Origin: Planctomycetota bacterium
GTDB lineage: Bacteria > Planctomycetota > UBA8108 > SXIK01
Direction of reading: 5' to 3'
Length of the DNA stretch: 64,000 bases
Assembly: GCA_965223845.1 (NCBI GenBank)
Contig: CBDCXR010000004.1
Coordinates: forward strand, 7,360,001 to 7,424,000
The notes under the pieces were generated by a model that was not told the origin of the DNA, did not search any database, and worked only from the letters and a program-made list of their open reading frames with translations. A program made the translations under genes and the position numbers. The stretch's first letter is position 1. Each line of letters starts with the position of its first letter. Shown in pieces: positions 59,866-64,000 of this stretch.

Positions 59866-62481
59866 ATGGCTGAGTTTACCGAGACCGAGATCCGCTTTCC
59901 GGAGACGGCGCGCTCGTTCCTTCGGCGCGTGATCGCGGAGGCGGGCGGGCGGGAGGTCTTCTTCCGCGCGCGCGTCGAATGGACGGACGAGCAGTCCGCG
60001 TCTGCGACCGCCGTCGTTCGCGACGTCGAGGTTGCCGCCCGCGGGACCGACTCGGCCGCGCCCGCGATCGTTCGTGGCAGCGAGGAGTGGGATCTCGCGA
60101 TCCACAATCACCCGAGCGGTGTGCTCGCACCGTCGGACGCCGACGTCGCCGTCGCGGCGGAGCTCGGGAATCTAGGAGTGGGGTTCGTCATCGTCGCGAA
60201 CGATGGCAACGCACACCACGTTGTCGTCCCGCCGATCCGGCGCAAGGAGCGGCGTCTGCTCGACCTCGACGAGGTGCGCGCGATCTTCGGCGCCGAAGGG
60301 ATCTTCGCCGAATCCTTGCCCGACTACGAAGCTCGCGCGGGCCAGGCGGAGCTCGCCGTCGAGGTGGCGCGTGCGCTCAACGAGGATCGAGTGGTGGCGG
60401 AGGAGGCCGGAACGGGAGTCGGGAAGAGCTTCGCGTATCTCGTCCCATCGATCCTCTGGGCGACGCAGAACGGCGAGCGCGTCGTCGTTTCGACGGGAAC
60501 GATTCAGCTCCAGGAGCAACTCGTAGCGAAGGATCTGCCGTTTCTCCGCCGAGTGCTCCCGATCGAGTTCCGCTACTCTCTCATCAAAGGACGGACGAAT
60601 TACGCCTGCCGGCGGAAGGCCGCAGAGGTGAAAACCCAGCTCGGGGACGGCGACTGGGTTGCGGCGCTCGAATCCCCCGAATCGACCGAGCAACTGCGCA
60701 AGCTCCTCGATTGGATCGAAGTGACGCAGGACGGCAGCCGATCGGATCTCGCGTGGACGCCTCCGTTCGATGTGTGGGAGCAGGTCATGTCGGAGACGGA
60801 CAAGACGCTCCGGGCGAAGTGCGACCACTACGAGAGCTGCTTTTACTACGCGGCGCGCCGGGCGGCGAGCGCGGCGAACGTCATCGTCGCGAACCATCAC
60901 CTCTACTTCGCCGACTTATCAGTGCGGATGGAGCTCGGAGAACAGGCGTTCGATCCGGTGCTGCCATCCTACGCACGCGTCATCTTCGATGAGGCACACC
61001 ATCTCGAGGATGTCGCCGCGGAGTACTTCGGCGTCCGCGTGTCGCCCGGCGGCATCCGGCGACGACTGGTCCGGATGTGCTCACCGGATCGTGCTGATCG
61101 GGGGGCCCTGCGGAGGGTCGGCGCGACGCTTCGGAAGGCGGGCGATGCGACCGCCGCGCACGCGCTAGAAGAGTCGCTCGCGACCGCGATCGGTGAAGCC
61201 GTGCGCCGGATCGACATCGCGATAGACGATCTGCGCGATCGCGTGGAGGAACGCGTCGCTCCCGGCCGCCCGCGCGATCGCGAGGAGTCTCGAGCGGTGG
61301 CCGACGCCGCCTCGAGTCAAAGCACACACGACGAGACGATCCGCTATCGCGGCCACCCGAACGACGAGGCATTTTGGCGAAGCTGTCGAAACAGCCTCGG
61401 TGCGATGCGCCGCGCGATCGCCGCGGTGATCGCTTCGACCGGGACCGCGATCGAAGCTCTGAAGCGAGCGCGAGTCCCCGAGACAAAACGCGATGCGCTC
61501 GCGCTCGAGTTCACCTCGTTCGCGTCGCGCCTCGACGGCGTCGCGAGCGCGATCGACCAGTTCTCCGAGTTCGACGATCGCAAACGTGTCCGGTGGCTCA
61601 CCGCGCGTCCCGACCGCCGCCGTTCCGAATTCGGTGCGCTCCTCTTTGAGTTCGCCGCAGCTCCCGTGCGCGTCGCCGAGGATCTGCGCCGGAGCGTGTT
61701 CGAAGCCTTCGGATCGGTGGTGCTCACATCGGCGACTCTCGCCGTCGCGGGTCGCCCGGATTTCTTCGCCTCGCGACTCGGGCTCGATGGGATCGAGAGC
61801 GATCGCTTCCGTTTCCGAGAGTTCGGGTCCCCGTTCGACTTCGAGCGCCAGGCTCTCGTCGTCGTGCCGAGCGATCTTCCGCCACCGGATGCGCCGCAGT
61901 ACCCGGCGGCTGTGCCGGACGCGGTTCTCGAGCTCGCTCGCGCGAGTGGCGGGCGCGCGTTCGTGCTTTTCACGTCCTACGCGCTCCTCAGGCGATGCTA
62001 CGACGCGATCGCAGATCGACTTCGAGCCGAAGAGCTCGTCCCGCTTCGCCAGGGAGACATGCCGCGCTCCGCGCTCCTCGAAGCGTTCCGGGCGAGCGGG
62101 GCCGGCGTGCTCTTCGGGACGGACAGCTTCTGGGAGGGCGTCGACGTTCGCGGGCGTGCGCTCGAGTGTGTGATCATCACCCGTCTCCCGTTTCGAGTTC
62201 CGACCGAACCACTTCAAGAAGCTCGCGTCGAAGAGCTCGAGGCGCGCGGCGAGCATCCGTTCTCGAACTTCACGCTTCCCCAAGCCGTGCTCAAGTTCAA
62301 GCAGGGCTTCGGGCGGCTGATCCGATCGACGACCGACCGGGGCGTCGTCGCGATCCTCGATCGGCGGATCATGACGAAACCGTACGGACGGACGTTCGTG
62401 CGCTCGCTGCCGCCGGTCCGGCTCATCGAGGACACGACGGCGGGGGTTGCCGCTCGAGTGCGAGCCTTCTTCGCCGAGTGA
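59866..62481 (+). CDS. dinG: DinG/YoaA-family helicase with an N-terminal JAB/RadC-like domain
   Basis: EAGTGVGKS, DEAHH, LTSATL, LFTSY, FWEGVD, QGFGRLIR. N-terminal IHNHPSG..PS.AD. Confidence 0.9.
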   Translation: MAEFTETEIRFPETARSFLRRVIAEAGGREVFFRARVEWTDEQSASATAVVRDVEVAARGTDSAAPAIVRGSEEWDLAIHNHPSGVLAPSDADVAVAAELGNLGVGFVIVANDGNAHHVVVPPIRRKERRLLDLDEVRAIFGAEGIFAESLPDYEARAGQAELAVEVARALNEDRVVAEEAGTGVGKSFAYLVPSILWATQNGERVVVSTGTIQLQEQLVAKDLPFLRRVLPIEFRYSLIKGRTNYACRRKAAEVKTQLGDGDWVAALESPESTEQLRKLLDWIEVTQDGSRSDLAWTPPFDVWEQVMSETDKTLRAKCDHYESCFYYAARRAASAANVIVANHHLYFADLSVRMELGEQAFDPVLPSYARVIFDEAHHLEDVAAEYFGVRVSPGGIRRRLVRMCSPDRADRGALRRVGATLRKAGDATAAHALEESLATAIGEAVRRIDIAIDDLRDRVEERVAPGRPRDREESRAVADAASSQSTHDETIRYRGHPNDEAFWRSCRNSLGAMRRAIAAVIASTGTAIEALKRARVPETKRDALALEFTSFASRLDGVASAIDQFSEFDDRKRVRWLTARPDRRRSEFGALLFEFAAAPVRVAEDLRRSVFEAFGSVVLTSATLAVAGRPDFFASRLGLDGIESDRFRFREFGSPFDFERQALVVVPSDLPPPDAPQYPAAVPDAVLELARASGGRAFVLFTSYALLRRCYDAIADRLRAEELVPLRQGDMPRSALLEAFRASGAGVLFGTDSFWEGVDVRGRALECVIITRLPFRVPTEPLQEARVEELEARGEHPFSNFTLPQAVLKFKQGFGRLIRSTTDRGVVAILDRRIMTKPYGRTFVRSLPPVRLIEDTTAGVAARVRAFFAE

Positions 62482-62625
62482 GCGCAGAGCCGTCGAGTTC
62501 ACCGTTCCGGTTGATCCGCTCGCACCGATCATCGACAATTCGATCGCGCTCTTCACGTTCCTCTCGACGCGCAAGATTCCTCCTCTCAGACGCGAGTGCC
62601 GTACCCCTCTCCAAACGGAGTTGTC

Positions 62626-63858
62626 ATGACTAGACTCGATTCTCTCTTCCTCTTCGCCGCGGCGTTTGTCGGGTTCGGAGGGCATAGTGCCGCAGCCGAT
62701 GATCGACCTCTCCAAGTCTTTATCCTCGCCGGTCAATCGAACATGCAGGGGCACGCCCGAACCAGCACCTTCGACGCGATCGGGCTCGATCCGAAGACCG
62801 CGCCGATCCTCGCCGAGATGCGCGGTAAGGATGGCACGCCGCGCGTTTGCGAGAACGTGTGGATATCCTCGATCGGCTCCTCCGACGAGGAACAGATCGG
62901 GAAGCTGACTACGGGCTTCGGTGCGAACGCTCGCGGGCCCAAGATCGGTCCGGAGTTCACATTCGGAATCTACGCCGAGAAGCTGCTGGGCGGTCCGATC
63001 CTCATCGTCAAGACCGCGTGGGGCGGAAAGAGCCTACACACCGACTTTCGACCCCCGAGCGCCGGACCCTACGAATTCAATGCGGCACAACTCAAGCAGC
63101 TCGAGAAGCAGAAGAAGGATGTCGAAGAGGCGAAGGCGGAAAAAGCGAAAGCGACCGGGCGCTACTATCGCCTCATGATCGATCACGTGAAGAAGGTCCT
63201 GGCTGACGTCAAGCGCGTCTACCCGGACTACGACGCCTCGCTCGGGTACGAGCTAGCCGGCTTCGTGTGGTTCCAGGGATGGAACGACATGGTCGATCGC
63301 GGCGTCTACCCCAATCGGGGCGAGCCGGGAGGGTACGACGAATACAGCGCGCGGCTCGCCGAGCTGATCCGCGACGTACGGAAGGAGTTCTCGGCGCCCA
63401 AGCTTCCCTTCGTGATCGGGGTGATGGGAGTCGGCGGACCCGTCGAGAAGTACTCGCCCGAGCAGCAGCGTTACAAAGGGATCCACCAAAACTTTCGCAC
63501 GGCGATGGCCGTACCGACTTCGCTCCCCGAGTTCAAAGGGAACGTCACCGCCGTGCTCACCGAGAGGTACTGGGACATGGAAGTGGTGGAGCTCCGCGCG
63601 CGAGAGAAGGGGATCAAGGCGCCAGCGGCGAAGATCGCCGACCGCGTCAAGTCGGGCGAGCTCACTCGCGAGGGAGGGAAATCGGCCCTCGACGCGCTCT
63701 ACGCGAAGACCTTCTCTCCGCGGGAACTGACGGTCCTCAAGACGAGCACCTCGAATGCAGAGTTCCACTACCTGGGATCGGGGAAGATCATGGCCCAGAT
63801 CGGAAAGGGCTTCGCGGAGGCGATGGCCGAACTGGTCGAGGTGCGGAAGGACGAGTGA
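62626..63858 (+). CDS. Sialate O-acetylesterase (SASA/SGNH) domain protein
   Basis: Signal peptide, LAGQSNMQG, GPEFTFG, KTAWGG, WFQGWND, FHY. Confidence 0.88.
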   Translation: MTRLDSLFLFAAAFVGFGGHSAAADDRPLQVFILAGQSNMQGHARTSTFDAIGLDPKTAPILAEMRGKDGTPRVCENVWISSIGSSDEEQIGKLTTGFGANARGPKIGPEFTFGIYAEKLLGGPILIVKTAWGGKSLHTDFRPPSAGPYEFNAAQLKQLEKQKKDVEEAKAEKAKATGRYYRLMIDHVKKVLADVKRVYPDYDASLGYELAGFVWFQGWNDMVDRGVYPNRGEPGGYDEYSARLAELIRDVRKEFSAPKLPFVIGVMGVGGPVEKYSPEQQRYKGIHQNFRTAMAVPTSLPEFKGNVTAVLTERYWDMEVVELRAREKGIKAPAAKIADRVKSGELTREGGKSALDALYAKTFSPRELTVLKTSTSNAEFHYLGSGKIMAQIGKGFAEAMAELVEVRKDE

Positions 63859-64000
63859 AGTCGGGCTCGCGACTCGGGATCGAGCCCGCGCTCGACCTCA
63901 CAGACTCCATCCGTCCCGATACTCGCGGTGAAGGAGCCGGTTCGCCTCGGCGTGATTGAGCACTTCGCCCGTGATCGGATCGTAGTCGAAGGACTCGCCG

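Overview
GC-rich bacterial DNA, most likely Planctomycetota/PVC. This is inferred from a PVC-type heme protein, a dockerin-like secreted protein and an H-X9-DG-type C-terminus. Bases 1-12232 are the right-hand part of a visibly lower-GC integrated element that ends at the 3' end of tRNA-Arg(CCT). It carries phage/satellite-like small genes with a c4/CI-like structured RNA, a possible divergent HEPN protein, a serine recombinase, and a tightly coupled four-gene operon: Hen1 - Pnkp (RNA repair) - HD phosphohydrolase - Mrr-like nuclease/STAND NTPase. The rest is host chromosome. It includes a lipid A acyltransferase, hom-thrC-thrB-lysC, lexA with three GAAC-N4-GTTC boxes, a type IV pilin, ychF, a 17-repeat Cys-rich secreted protein, GGT, pyruvate kinase, a VIT/vWA GlyGly-CTERM protein with rhombosortase, the F0F1 ATP synthase operon, metF and dinG. 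Best hidden signals: (1) a thioredoxin-fold protein split in the ORF track by two in-frame UGAs forming a UxxU motif with a SECIS-like hairpin, (2) the RNA-repair plus nuclease-NTPase operon, (3) several unannotated structured RNA candidates, and (4) miniature inverted-repeat elements. All family assignments come from motif recognition by eye; no searches were run.
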